The notes under the pieces were generated by a model. It had not been told where the DNA came from. It did no database searches and saw only the letters and a list, made by a program, of their open reading frames with translations. The position numbers and the translations under genes were made by a program. Shown here in pieces: positions 54,187-64,000 of a stretch of 64,000 nt of DNA (position 1 is its first letter; each line of letters opens with the position of its first letter). Source of the DNA: Gonapodya sp. JEL0774 (Eukaryota); contig JADIIX010000015.1 in the NCBI GenBank assembly GCA_027604505.1, forward strand, positions 62,001 to 126,000, written 5' to 3'.

Positions 54187-55486
54187 ATGTACACCTTCCA
54201 CAAGTGGTGCTCAATCCCCACTACCCGAGAATCCCAATATATCGACTTTCATCCATCCTTCAGTAATAATGGGTTGGACCGACAGCCCAGCAACTTGTCA
54301 GTGGCTGGACTACCTGTTCTACCACCAGAGATTTGGGCGACGGTCATGGGATACTTGTCATTTAGAACGGTAGGTGATTTGAAATGCACCCAGACCTCCA
54401 ACCACCTTCTCTCTCTGAAACAAGCGCAATGCAGCTCATCCGCATTGCAGTCGTATCAAAGTCACTTCGTTGTTTCCTGCAAGACTGCCCTCAACTCTTC
54501 CGAACCCTCGACTTCTTCCCAATTCGCCAACCTGATCCTTCCGCCTCTCGTGCACTGCAGTGCGTAGACGATGATCTAGTCGGAAAGCTTCTAGACCCAG
54601 GAGGTTTGCTTGATCCTGTGAGGCGAAACATCAAGGTTGTGAATCTGGATTTCGCCGCAATCACCGAGCAAGGGTTTTGGAAAGTGATGGACCGATGTGC
54701 GGCTGTGGAGGTGGTGTCAGTGATGGGATGCGAGCGGGTGTTTCTTGATAACGTGAGTCCAAACGGTCAAGAGAATATGGACAAGTTACAGTTCCGCATG
54801 CACTTCCCACTTCATGAACTCAGGAAATGGTCGCCCGCCTTTCCTTCACTATGGCTCTCAACGCCCATCTCCGCAAAGCGAAGGGTTCGCCTATCCAGTT
54901 TGACCGCTCTCTCATACGCGCACTCAACGTCTACCAACTCCGACCCTCTACAGCTCGTATTAAGGAACTGCCACGACAGCTGGAAGAACTCTATCTCGTT
55001 GGAACGTCGCCCGCTCGCTATTCTCATGAAGGTCGAGCGGCTCCTCCTGGGCCATGGCTCCCGCATTTGGGCCGACGTCAAGCGACCCTGCCTATGTTTT
55101 CGAAAATCCCCACGGACCAAGTTGCACGCCTGTATCGACGTGCGGAATTTAGTCGTGCAATTCTACTGAACGAGGACGACGTCATCCTCCGCTCGGACCG
55201 TGCCGGCTTCTCGTGTCCAACATGCGGTGCTCTCTCCCTCTCTCCCAACCACGTTGCGTGCTGTACTTGTGGTCACAGGAGGTCCTGCGGCCTTCCTGGT
55301 TGCCCTGAAACCAATAGCGCTGCAGAGTGGGAATTGTGTGAAGACTGTTCTAGACCGTTATGTGGTCCGTGTTTGAGGGGTGTGGAATATTTGGGAAGTT
55401 GCAAGAGTTGCTTTGCGATACAAAACTATGGGATGACAGTGTGGCCAGTGTTCGGGTCTGACTCGGATGTGGATGAGAACGAATGA
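54187..55486 (+). CDS. F-box protein with an LRR-like middle and a Cys-rich (Zn-finger-like) C-terminus
   Basis: F-box LPVLPPEIWATVMGYLSFRT|LIRIAVVSKSLR; LRR-like IKVVNLDFAAIT and VEVVSVMGCERV; intron 54753-54823; C-terminal CPTC...CCTC...CEDC..LCGPC...CKSC. Start uncertain. Confidence 0.75.
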
Positions 55487-55530
55487 TTGAATGATATTTT
55501 TTGTGCCTTTTCATCGCTTTGAGTTCCGGA

Positions 55531-56904
55531 ATGGAAGACTTCGTCGAAAGTGCATACGGCAGCCAATCTGAATTGCTCCGATTCTGCCGTGAGCTGCCTA
55601 AAATCGTGAGCATCGTGAGCGTGAGCTCATTCTGCATTCAGTTCCACTGGGGCGACATTTGCCAAATCCGTATCGTCCCACATCAGGAACTGCATGCACA
55701 CCTCAATGGCTCCGCTAGCCCTGAAATCATGAGCTCTCTGCGTGACTTGAAGAAGGAATCACATCCTCACCTCCAAAGTGTCGCATTGCCTGAGATACAA
55801 CCCAATTTTGTGATAACGGACTTCTTCCCATTTTTCGACTTTATCTACCAGCTGACTGATGATGAGGAGAGTGTACGATACGTTGCTCGTCGTGTGATAG
55901 ATGAATTTGCGAAAGATGGTGTTCGTTATCTCGAACTACGTTCAACACCACGAGCTAATGAAAAATCTGGCATGACCAAGGAATCGTATGTTCGCGCAAT
56001 ACTGGACGTACTATGCGATTCGAGGGCGGAGCATATCACTTTATCTCATGGAACGGATCGGACTCCGCATTTGATTGTACGCTTTATCCCATCCATTGAT
56101 CGCCGTTCAACCAAATCCGCTGCTTTGGACACTGCTGAGCTTGCTCTACGCCTCCGCGATGATCCGAACCGTGGAGAGTACATTGTTGGTGTTGATGTGT
56201 GCGGGGACCCAACACGTGGGGATTTCGCAAACGTTCAACCGGCAATAGAGTTGCTCAATGCAGCGAGACCTCCCCTGCCTACCACCATTCATTGCGGAGA
56301 AGTTGCTCGTGCAGATGGGGAAGCTACTGTCATGCTGGCCAGTAATCCTGGAAGGATTGGGCACGCAACTTTTCTCAGCTCGGATGAAAGGAAAGAAATC
56401 GTTCGAAAACGCCTGCCGAGTGAGTATGGTGAGTACCAGTGTGCTCTTCAATTCGTTTTTATTCATTGCAATCTGTGAGCAGTCGAAATATGTATGACAT
56501 CTAATGTTATTTGCAAGGTGGGTGACTGGTGGGGGTCAGTAGGAGTGGAACATGTCACGCTGATTGGTTCATGCCAGACTGTCAATTCTTATCCTGAACA
56601 TCACATTCGGGAGTATTTAGCAGAAGGACATCCAGTTGTCCTTTGTGTAAGTGCCGTAATGCAATTGGGAATTGCCCCAACTTACATCCAACCCTCATCA
56701 AAATACCAGACGGACGACTCAGGTATCTTTGGTTGCAGTTTATCACAGGAGTATTCTTTGGCAGCGCAGCATTTCCGATTGGGAAAACGAGAACTCTTTC
56801 AATTGTCAAGAAATTCGATAGAATCCATCTTCGGAGATGAGAATGTGAAGGAAAACTTGCGGCAGTACTGGGACACGTGGGCAGAAACATGTCTGGAAGA
56901 CTAG
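55531..56904 (+). CDS. ADAL: Adenosine deaminase-like protein (ADAL/MAPDA-type N6-methyl-AMP deaminase family)
   Basis: LPKI|ELHAHLNGS, DGVRYLELRSTPR, VGVDVCGDP, TIHCGE, RIGHATF, EICMTSN, TDDSGIF. HLNGS and the E.C.TSN context are ADAL-type. Confidence 0.88.
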
Positions 56905-57015
56905 AAGCCAGATCTAGCCGAGCAATTTTTCATGTCACGTGGATGTACCAATGTATTTCGCATAACGATAGGCAGTGGCCAACTTATCCACAAACATCTT
57001 ATCGTGTTCCTTGCA

Positions 57016-58592
57016 ATGAGTGAACCATCAACCGACCCGATCTCAATACTGCGCGCATCTTCCGTAGCTTCTCTCGACCTCCCTGACAAACGGTGTGTGT
57101 TTCAATGGTCGAAACTCGTTGACAGAACAGCTTCCTTCGACATTTTGGTCACATTACCTAATCCATATCCCGCAGAGTATGTTGGATTTGCTATGCCGAT
57201 GAAACTCTTGCAGATCGGGAGCAGCAAGATCCCACTCGTCCCCCAAATTCTCAACCATTCGCGACACTGGACGTGCGATGGGTGCGTGGATCGGTTCCAC
57301 ATCTGCAGGTTAGCATGGTGCTCCATACACGTTTTCCAATAGGTCCGCCCTTGTCGCTGTACTGGCTCCCTGCGTGATGTGCATGAGAGATGCCTCCTTA
57401 AGTGGAGATACACTCAGACCAGTTCCAGCTCTGATTCCAACAACGCGCTGAAATGCCCGGCCTGCAAAACGACGTACAAGTTCGAGGAGCCAAGCGATAT
57501 TCTTCTTGATGCTCTCAACTCAGTGGACCGAAGGTGATTTTATGTATCGTACAAAACGAGGATGGATCTCTTTGATCTGTCAAAACGCCTAACTGGTATT
57601 GCAACTTAGCATTTCTCAAACTACACCATACCTGGCGCTCTCCCTTGCTTTCATATCCTTGTATATCGTCCTGGTTTCTCATGGCGCGTACAGTATGGTT
57701 GCCTTCCTGGGACCACGCGCTTCCGCCCGCATTTTGACCCCCTCCGGTGGGACACCATCATGGCGTTTGTGGACTGGGCTTCCAATGATTCCTGCGGCTC
57801 TTGTAGCTGCCAGACTTGAGGGCTTCGAAATGTGGCTACTTGCTGCTCCGTGGATTTGCGTGGAGGATGTGTTCCGTGATGTCGTGCACGGTTTGCAACG
57901 TTTTCCCCCGAGTGAGCAGGGATTAATGGTGATGGTTCCCTGGGCAAGGTGAGCTAGAACTCTTGGTAGCTTTGGTTTCATGAAGTTGCAATGATTTTGA
58001 TGCTTTGTGCAGGCTTGCATACCGTTTCACCCACAAGCGTGCCCTCACATATCTGTTTCCTCCTGCCCCACAAACCATCGACCAAGCGCCAATAGAAGTA
58101 GTTCCCGTTGCTCCAGAGGCCGCAGATGGCGATCGTGCGGACGAGGTGGTTGATGTTCCCAACCGTGCGGCAGGAATCGGTCCTCCTCCTGTTGCTGGTG
58201 GTCGCCAGACACCGGCAAGAGTTCTTGCTCTTGCCCTACTCGCTCCCTCAATTGCCACGGCCTGTGGTGCCGCTCTTGGATGGGGAGTGACATCTCTGCG
58301 GGAGCTGCTCGGTGTTACCAATGCTACCAGTCATGCCGGATTGCCCTTTGCCCCTTTCCCGAATTGGCCGGTGCGGCTTTCCACTCATTTCACAATGGGA
58401 CAGTCTTTGGCTGCGAGGTTGGACTCAATTTTGGCATCATTAGAATTGATGCCGCCACTCCATAAGAATATTCTCGGGCTTGGAATGGGAATTTTCTTGA
58501 GAGACTGCCTGGGTATTTTTTGGAGAGGCAGGGAATCAAAGCGTCGAGCAGGGGTCAGAGTTTTGGAGTTCGTGGCGGGCAATCACACTTAA
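57016..58592 (+). CDS. RING-CH (MARCH-type) membrane E3 ubiquitin ligase, MARCH5-like topology
   Basis: CWICYADE...RPCRCTGSLRDVHERCLLKW...KCPACKTTY (C4HC3), followed by TM segments including WTGLPMIPAALV, LALLAPSIATACG and NILGLGMGIFLRD. Confidence 0.8.
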
Positions 58593-58634
58593 CCACTACA
58601 CTTGTATGTTATCACATATACAAACGAATCGAAA

Positions 58635-59383
58635 ATGAGCCAGCCATGGCGCCGAAACAATCTACGCCCTCGCGAACGCTTCGCTTCAGAACTGGACGTT
58701 GACATCTGTGGATGTGGATTCAAGGTTATTCAAAATCACGACACTGCCAGCGCGCTCTGGGATGCAAGTGTTGCTCTCGCGTCGCACGTCCTGTCCCTTC
58801 CTCCAGAGACTTTTCATGGAAGAACTGTCATTGAAATAGGAGCTGGGGTGACTTGAACAACTGCACCACCCCGTTTCGCACCCACTGACTCATCGCCCAT
58901 CGATGCCATCATTCCCCGTAGTGCGCTTTACCAGGAATCGCGATCGCCAAATATTGCAAACCGGAGCGAGTGATCCTAACTGACCTTGCAGATGAAATTT
59001 CGCTTTTGCAGGCGAATGTTTGCGCGAACGGACTCGGACCGGACTCTGTTTCAAAAGTCGAAGTAATTGAATACTTCTGGGGTACGGAGCCGACGTGGCT
59101 TGAAGCGGCGCCTGATTACGTGCTTGCGGCTGATGTTGTTTATGAAATTCAGCACTTCCAAGAGTTGGTAAAGGCCCTTTCAGACCTCTCTAGAGACAAG
59201 GAGGAACAGCAGACGATCATTATTATGGCAATGGAACATCGGTGGAAGGACGTGGAGGAGGAGTTCTGGCGCCTGATGGCAAGCGCTGGTTTCGTTCACA
59301 AGACAGTGGAGCGTCGGCATCTGGACCCGCAGTTTGTGCCCCTTGAAATAGATGTATATGTAATTCGAAGAAAAGGTGTGTAA
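58635..59383 (+). CDS. Seven-beta-strand protein-lysine methyltransferase (METTL21/Methyltransf_16 family)
   Basis: TASALWDASVALA, VIEIGAG|CALPGI, VILTDL, YFWG, YVLAADVVY. Confidence 0.88.
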
Positions 59384-59384
59384 A

Positions 59385-60830
59385 ATGCTCTCAACTCACT
59401 TCGTAGCGTGCCACATAAACTCGCCTCACCAACCTCACCCGCGCACTCGCCCACCCGCCCGCCATTTAGGAAAGCTTAACACTGGCCAGACTCTCATGCC
59501 TGTATCGGTCATGTCCCCATCGCCGTTTCTGGCTTTCATACAACAATATCGTCTCCCGCCTTCCTCCCCGGCACGGTTGACGACACACAATTGGATGGAC
59601 TCTAAGTCACCCATGTCGGGCCAGTACGGGATACCCGTCTCCGAGATGTCACAGTTTTGGCGACTCTACGCTGATCATTGTCGCAATCATCGGGAAGTGC
59701 CCCTCTACCTCACAGAGAACATCCAGAGCTCGGTTGTGCGACCCTTTTTCGATGTCGACTTCCCCTTCCCTGCAGATTACGAAGTACTCAGTGAATCATC
59801 GGGCCTGAGTTACGATGAAGTGACCGGCGTCATTGTTGAAGCTGCCCGTGAAGCTATGGCAAAGTTGTTGGACTTGGACTTGGATGACAGACATGTGACA
59901 ACCTGCCGGGTTACACGCCGGTTATCTGCACAACATAAACTCCATCTTCACTTCCCATTATTGGTGACCGCTGCTGCGTCGGCCAAAGTGGCCGCGCTGC
60001 ACTTACGCCGAATTTTGGAACAAAAGTTTTTGAAGCTTGCAGACCAAGGGGAAAGCAAGCCTCCCAAGCTTGATTGGGAGACCATCGTGGATGATCAAGT
60101 TTATGCATCTTCTCTGCGTCTTTTTGGCTCTCTCAAATCAGGAGACAACAGCGGCCTCTCCAAGTATGGTCTATTGACGTTGAATTATCGCGACGGCCAT
60201 CTCGAAGGAATAGCCATCCGTCATGCTGGAGAGATGACTGCTGAAGAATTTTCGGAGCTTTCTATTGTTCCAAGTCCGAATCAACAGTCTGCTGTGGAAT
60301 GTGTTCTGGCCCAGGAGAGATACGAATCTCTGAATGATCATAAAGTGTCTCGTACAATGGCCCTCGCGAGGACAGAGAATGATGTGGAGAGTGGTGTTGT
60401 GAGGATTGACGGAGTTTCCCGACAGGCTGCAAGGGTGGTGCTTGACCACTTGGTCTCCGCGAGTTCGAATGGGGAGCTTCATCTTGAGGATCCGCGTCCC
60501 TCTCGTATTATTGGGGCAAAACGTGACCATTTTGGCAAAGATATTGTTGTTGCGCTAATCCAAAGAAGTTGCCCGTTTGACAAAAGATCGCACGCAGATC
60601 ACATGCTGGAGATTGTTTACGTTCTCTACACCCCAAATGGTTGTAGTGTACATTGTCGGGCTTGTGACATTGACAAATTTGGACAAGATTGCAACGTGCA
60701 ACAAGCGGCGATCGGTGCAAAGCGTTTGGTGTTGCCCAAACACTTGCTCGAGTTGCTTGACAAGAGGCATATCGAAGGATATGTGGATAGAATGGAAAAA
60801 TGGAAGACCATGAGAATGGCAAATAATTAG
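59385..60830 (+). CDS. Intronless archaeo-eukaryotic primase (AEP) of NCLDV/PrimPol-like type with a C-terminal Zn ribbon
   Basis: THNWM..GQYGIP...FWRLY, LYLTEN, motif I PFFDVD, motif II KLHLHFP, motif III IVDDQVY, SLRLFGSLK, and C-terminal CPF..RSH...C..C. Start at 59385 or 59496. Confidence 0.8.
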   Translation: MLSTHFVACHINSPHQPHPRTRPPARHLGKLNTGQTLMPVSVMSPSPFLAFIQQYRLPPSSPARLTTHNWMDSKSPMSGQYGIPVSEMSQFWRLYADHCRNHREVPLYLTENIQSSVVRPFFDVDFPFPADYEVLSESSGLSYDEVTGVIVEAAREAMAKLLDLDLDDRHVTTCRVTRRLSAQHKLHLHFPLLVTAAASAKVAALHLRRILEQKFLKLADQGESKPPKLDWETIVDDQVYASSLRLFGSLKSGDNSGLSKYGLLTLNYRDGHLEGIAIRHAGEMTAEEFSELSIVPSPNQQSAVECVLAQERYESLNDHKVSRTMALARTENDVESGVVRIDGVSRQAARVVLDHLVSASSNGELHLEDPRPSRIIGAKRDHFGKDIVVALIQRSCPFDKRSHADHMLEIVYVLYTPNGCSVHCRACDIDKFGQDCNVQQAAIGAKRLVLPKHLLELLDKRHIEGYVDRMEKWKTMRMANN

Positions 60831-60951
60831 ACCTCTGGTAGAGACTGTTGTAGATTGTTTCATTTGAACCATGCCTTCAGATGGAGGCACAGTGTCCTTG
60901 GTGCATAGAAGATCCCGATGAACCCAGACCCCAGGTCTCACACCACCAATA

Positions 60952-63832
60952 ATGTCTATCGCTATTCGAGAAACCTTCGCCCGAGCCAAGACTGAAGGTT
61001 CGTTTATTCTCACGATACGAATCGCTCGTTTTGTCTGGCTTTTAGGCCTGCGATGCATGCTCACTGCTTGGTATATTATCGTTCCGAAAATGCTTCCACC
61101 TTCACTTCAAAAGGCCGCCCTGTATTTGTCGCCTTCATCACGGCGGGATATCCTAGTCCTGATGAAACTGTCGATCTCCTCCTTGCGATGGAGCGCGGTG
61201 GGGCTGACATTATTGAGTTAGGTATGAACAGACATTTCGTTCCATCATCAATGTTTCGTAGCTGGATCAGTGGACCACTGCCCCTTTCCTTTGCTTTTGC
61301 CCTGTTCAGGTATACCATTTTCCGACCCCATCGCTGATGGCCCAGTTATACAGGAAGCGAGCCACGTCAGTTGAACTGGAGGGTTTTTGAATCAAACCGG
61401 GTAGACATCTTATTTTCCTATCCAATCCCAAAAGATTGCTCTTCAGCACAACGTTTGCATCAGCGACTGTCTTTCGATGGTGGATTCGGCTCGCGCTCGT
61501 GGGTTAAGAGCGCCTGTCCTGTTCATGGGGTACTACAATCCCCTGCTCATCTACGGGGAGAGTAAGATCATGGACGACTGCGTGAAGGCCGGCGTAAATG
61601 GTTTCATTGTTGTGGATTTACCACCGGAGGAGGCGAAAAGGTTCACTCAATTATGTAGGCAGAGCAGGTGAGTGACAGTTGGCTTCGAGCAAAAGCTGGG
61701 GCATTTTCGATTTTTGACGTACGCACCATAACCATACTCTCGTAAAGCCTTTCCTATGTTCCTCTCATTGCACCATCTACCACCGATGCCCGGGTCCAGC
61801 ACCTGGTGACGGTTGCAGACACCTTCATCTACGTTGTGTCCACGATGGGTGTCACCGGCGCCCGTGGTGCTGTAGACTCAAATCTTGCTTCTCTCGTGGC
61901 ACGAATTCGGAAACATACCGATGTGTACCTTGCGGTTGGCTTCGGCGTCAGCAATCGAGAGCAGTTTGTGCAGGTTGGCAACGATGCTGATGGCGTGGTT
62001 ATCGGGAGCCAGATTATCAAGACAGTTAAGGCGGAATCCACAAAAGAGGCGCGTGCAGCAAAGGTGGAAGCGTTTTGTGGTGACGTGACTGGGAAAAATG
62101 AAGGTATTTCTCAACCACTCCTACCCGGAGGCAAGGACCATCCGACCAGTCTGTCTTTTCTTTCAGTCAGAACAAACGGTAAACATGCCGCAGCAAAAGA
62201 AGCCAAGGCAGCGCAGCCGCCATCTGCTGTCACTGTGACCCAGATTCCTCCACCGCAACATGCTTTGGCTGATCGGTTCGGCCAGTTTGGTGGTCAGTAC
62301 GCACCGGAAGCGTTGGTGGATTGCCTGGACGAGTTGGAAAAGGTTCATATAAATTTAATGGACCTGTTTGGCGAATTCCTGATACCGTGAATTACTTTTG
62401 ATAAAGGCGTACGTGGCGGCATCGAATGACCCAGCTTTCTGGGCCGAGTTCGAGTCCTACTACGACTACATTGGTCGTCCATCTCGCCTGCACGAAGCAT
62501 CACGTTTGACAGAATACGCAGGAGGTGCACGCATCTGGCTCAAGCGGGAGGACCTGAACCACACTGGATCCCACAAGATCAACAATGCCATCGGGCAAGC
62601 GCTTCTTGCCAAGCGGTTGGGCAAAAAGCGGATTATTGCGGAGACGGGCGCTGGGCAGCACGGCGTTGCGACTGCCACCATTTGCGCCAAACTTGGACTC
62701 AAGTGCATCATCTACATGGGCGAAGAAGATGTGCGAAGACAAGCTCTCAACGTCTTCAGAATCCGACTTTTGGGTGCCGAAGTTGTTCCCGTCTCGTCGG
62801 GGAGCAAGACACTTAAGGACGCAGTCAACGAGGCGATGAGGGACTGGGTCACCAACGTCCAAAACACGCACTACATCATTGGTTCCGCGATCGGACCTCA
62901 TCCCTTTCCAACCATTGTGCGAGATTTCCAGTCGGTCATAGGCAAGGAAGCTAGAAAACAAATGCTGGAGAAGGCGGGAAAGCTGCCAGACATAGTCATG
63001 GCATGTGTTGGAGGTGGTTCAAACGCGATCGGTCTCTTCTATCCTTTTGTGCAAGATAAAAGCGTACGGATTATTGGAGTTGAAGCTGGTGGAGATGGTG
63101 TGGATACCGGAAGACATTCAGCCACGCTCGCGAAGGGAACACCCGGTGTACTCCACGGCACCCGGACGTACTTGCTTCAAGACGCGAATGGGCAGATCAT
63201 CGAGACGCACAGTATCAGCGCCGTGAGTTTGCTAGTTGTACCCGTAGCTGGATCTGGTGGAGACTTGAGTTTTATTTGGTTTACTCGACAGGGCCTCGAT
63301 TATCCTGGCGTCGGACCTGAGCACGCCTTCTTGAAAGATTCTGGGAGAGCCGAGTATGTAGCTGTTTCTGACAAGGAGTCGCTCATCGGGTTCAGGTTAG
63401 TCTGTGAGCTCGAAGGTGAGTTTCAGGATTTGGACGGAGGGCATGTTTCATGTAGTGAATTTCCTTGTAAACAATGCTTCGTACTCCCACCACCCCATAG
63501 GGATCATCCCCGCGCTTGAAACGGCTCACGCCTTCTACTACCTCCTCGAAATCGCCAAAACCCTCCCCAAAGACAAGGACATTCTCATCGCCGTCAGCGG
63601 ACGGGGTGACAAGGATGTTGTGTCGGTCGCAGAGGCGCTGCCAAAGTTTGGGTGAGTTTAGACGGCGCCGACGAATTTGTGTGCTCTCTGTTGTTTGTTT
63701 GTTGGGTTCGCTGGTTATGGAACGAAATGCTCAACGGTAGCCACGAAGTACTAAACGAGGTTTCGTTTTTGCTTTTATTCTAGTCCCCAAATTGGATGGG
63801 ACTTGAGATTCGAGGACCACAAGATGTACTGA
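60952..63832 (+). CDS. TRP5: Tryptophan synthase, fungal alpha-beta fusion, multi-exon
   Basis: Alpha: [39 protein letters not shown]. Beta: [67 protein letters not shown] at 63830-63832. Confidence 0.97.
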
Positions 63833-63960
63833 ACTGTAGATGGCAGGCAACACAGAACGTTTGCTTTGAAATACACAATGCATGCACATTTGGCCAAAAT
63901 CATTCTCATGGTCCATTACAGTAATAACACAACGCTAAAGATTACGAAAACAAACTACCA

Positions 63961-64000
63961 CAAAAAAAAAAGAAAGAAAGAAAGAAAGGGAAAAAGAAAC
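63961..64000. repeat. A-rich/(GAAA)n simple repeat at the window end
   Basis: caaaaaaaaaagaaagaaagaaagaaagggaaaaagaaac. Confidence 0.8.

Noticed and set aside
54384..55486. Two long overlapping + strand ORFs (54384-55169 and 54827-55486) suggesting a programmed frameshift
   Set aside because: A GTGAGT...CAG intron at 54753-54823 accounts for the frame change.
57653..57661. ATATCCTTG resembling a U12 (AT-AC) 5' splice site
   Set aside because: It lies within an open, hydrophobic coding exon of the MARCH gene, and no matching U12 branch point or AC acceptor is needed.
60952..63832. TrpA-TrpB fusion as a novelty
   Set aside because: This is the standard architecture of fungal tryptophan synthase.

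Overview
Gene-dense, intron-rich eukaryotic DNA. The fused alpha-beta tryptophan synthase, short GT-AG introns and recognisable LAMTOR3 point to a fungus, probably an early-diverging lineage (inference). About 27 protein-coding genes and one intron-containing tRNA-Gly(GCC) can be reconstructed by splicing ORF fragments by hand. The main find is not visible in the ORF track: a 9-exon minus-strand gene (4790-7154) that splices into a ~346-aa class A (rhodopsin-like) 7TM receptor. It has C3.25, ERY, an ECL2 Cys and FxxCWxP, plus a TM7 lysine at the spacing of the retinal-binding K296 of animal (type 2) opsins. Other notable items are an intronless giant-virus-like AEP primase with a Zn ribbon inside a run of six very tightly packed co-directional genes, a kinase lacking the Gly-rich loop whose membrane anchor depends on a stop-containing 45-nt intron, three paralogues of an unusual split-ankyrin family, and a ~7.5-kb GC-rich island whose G/C skew flips at splice sites. 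All exon structures are manual predictions, and no database searches were run.
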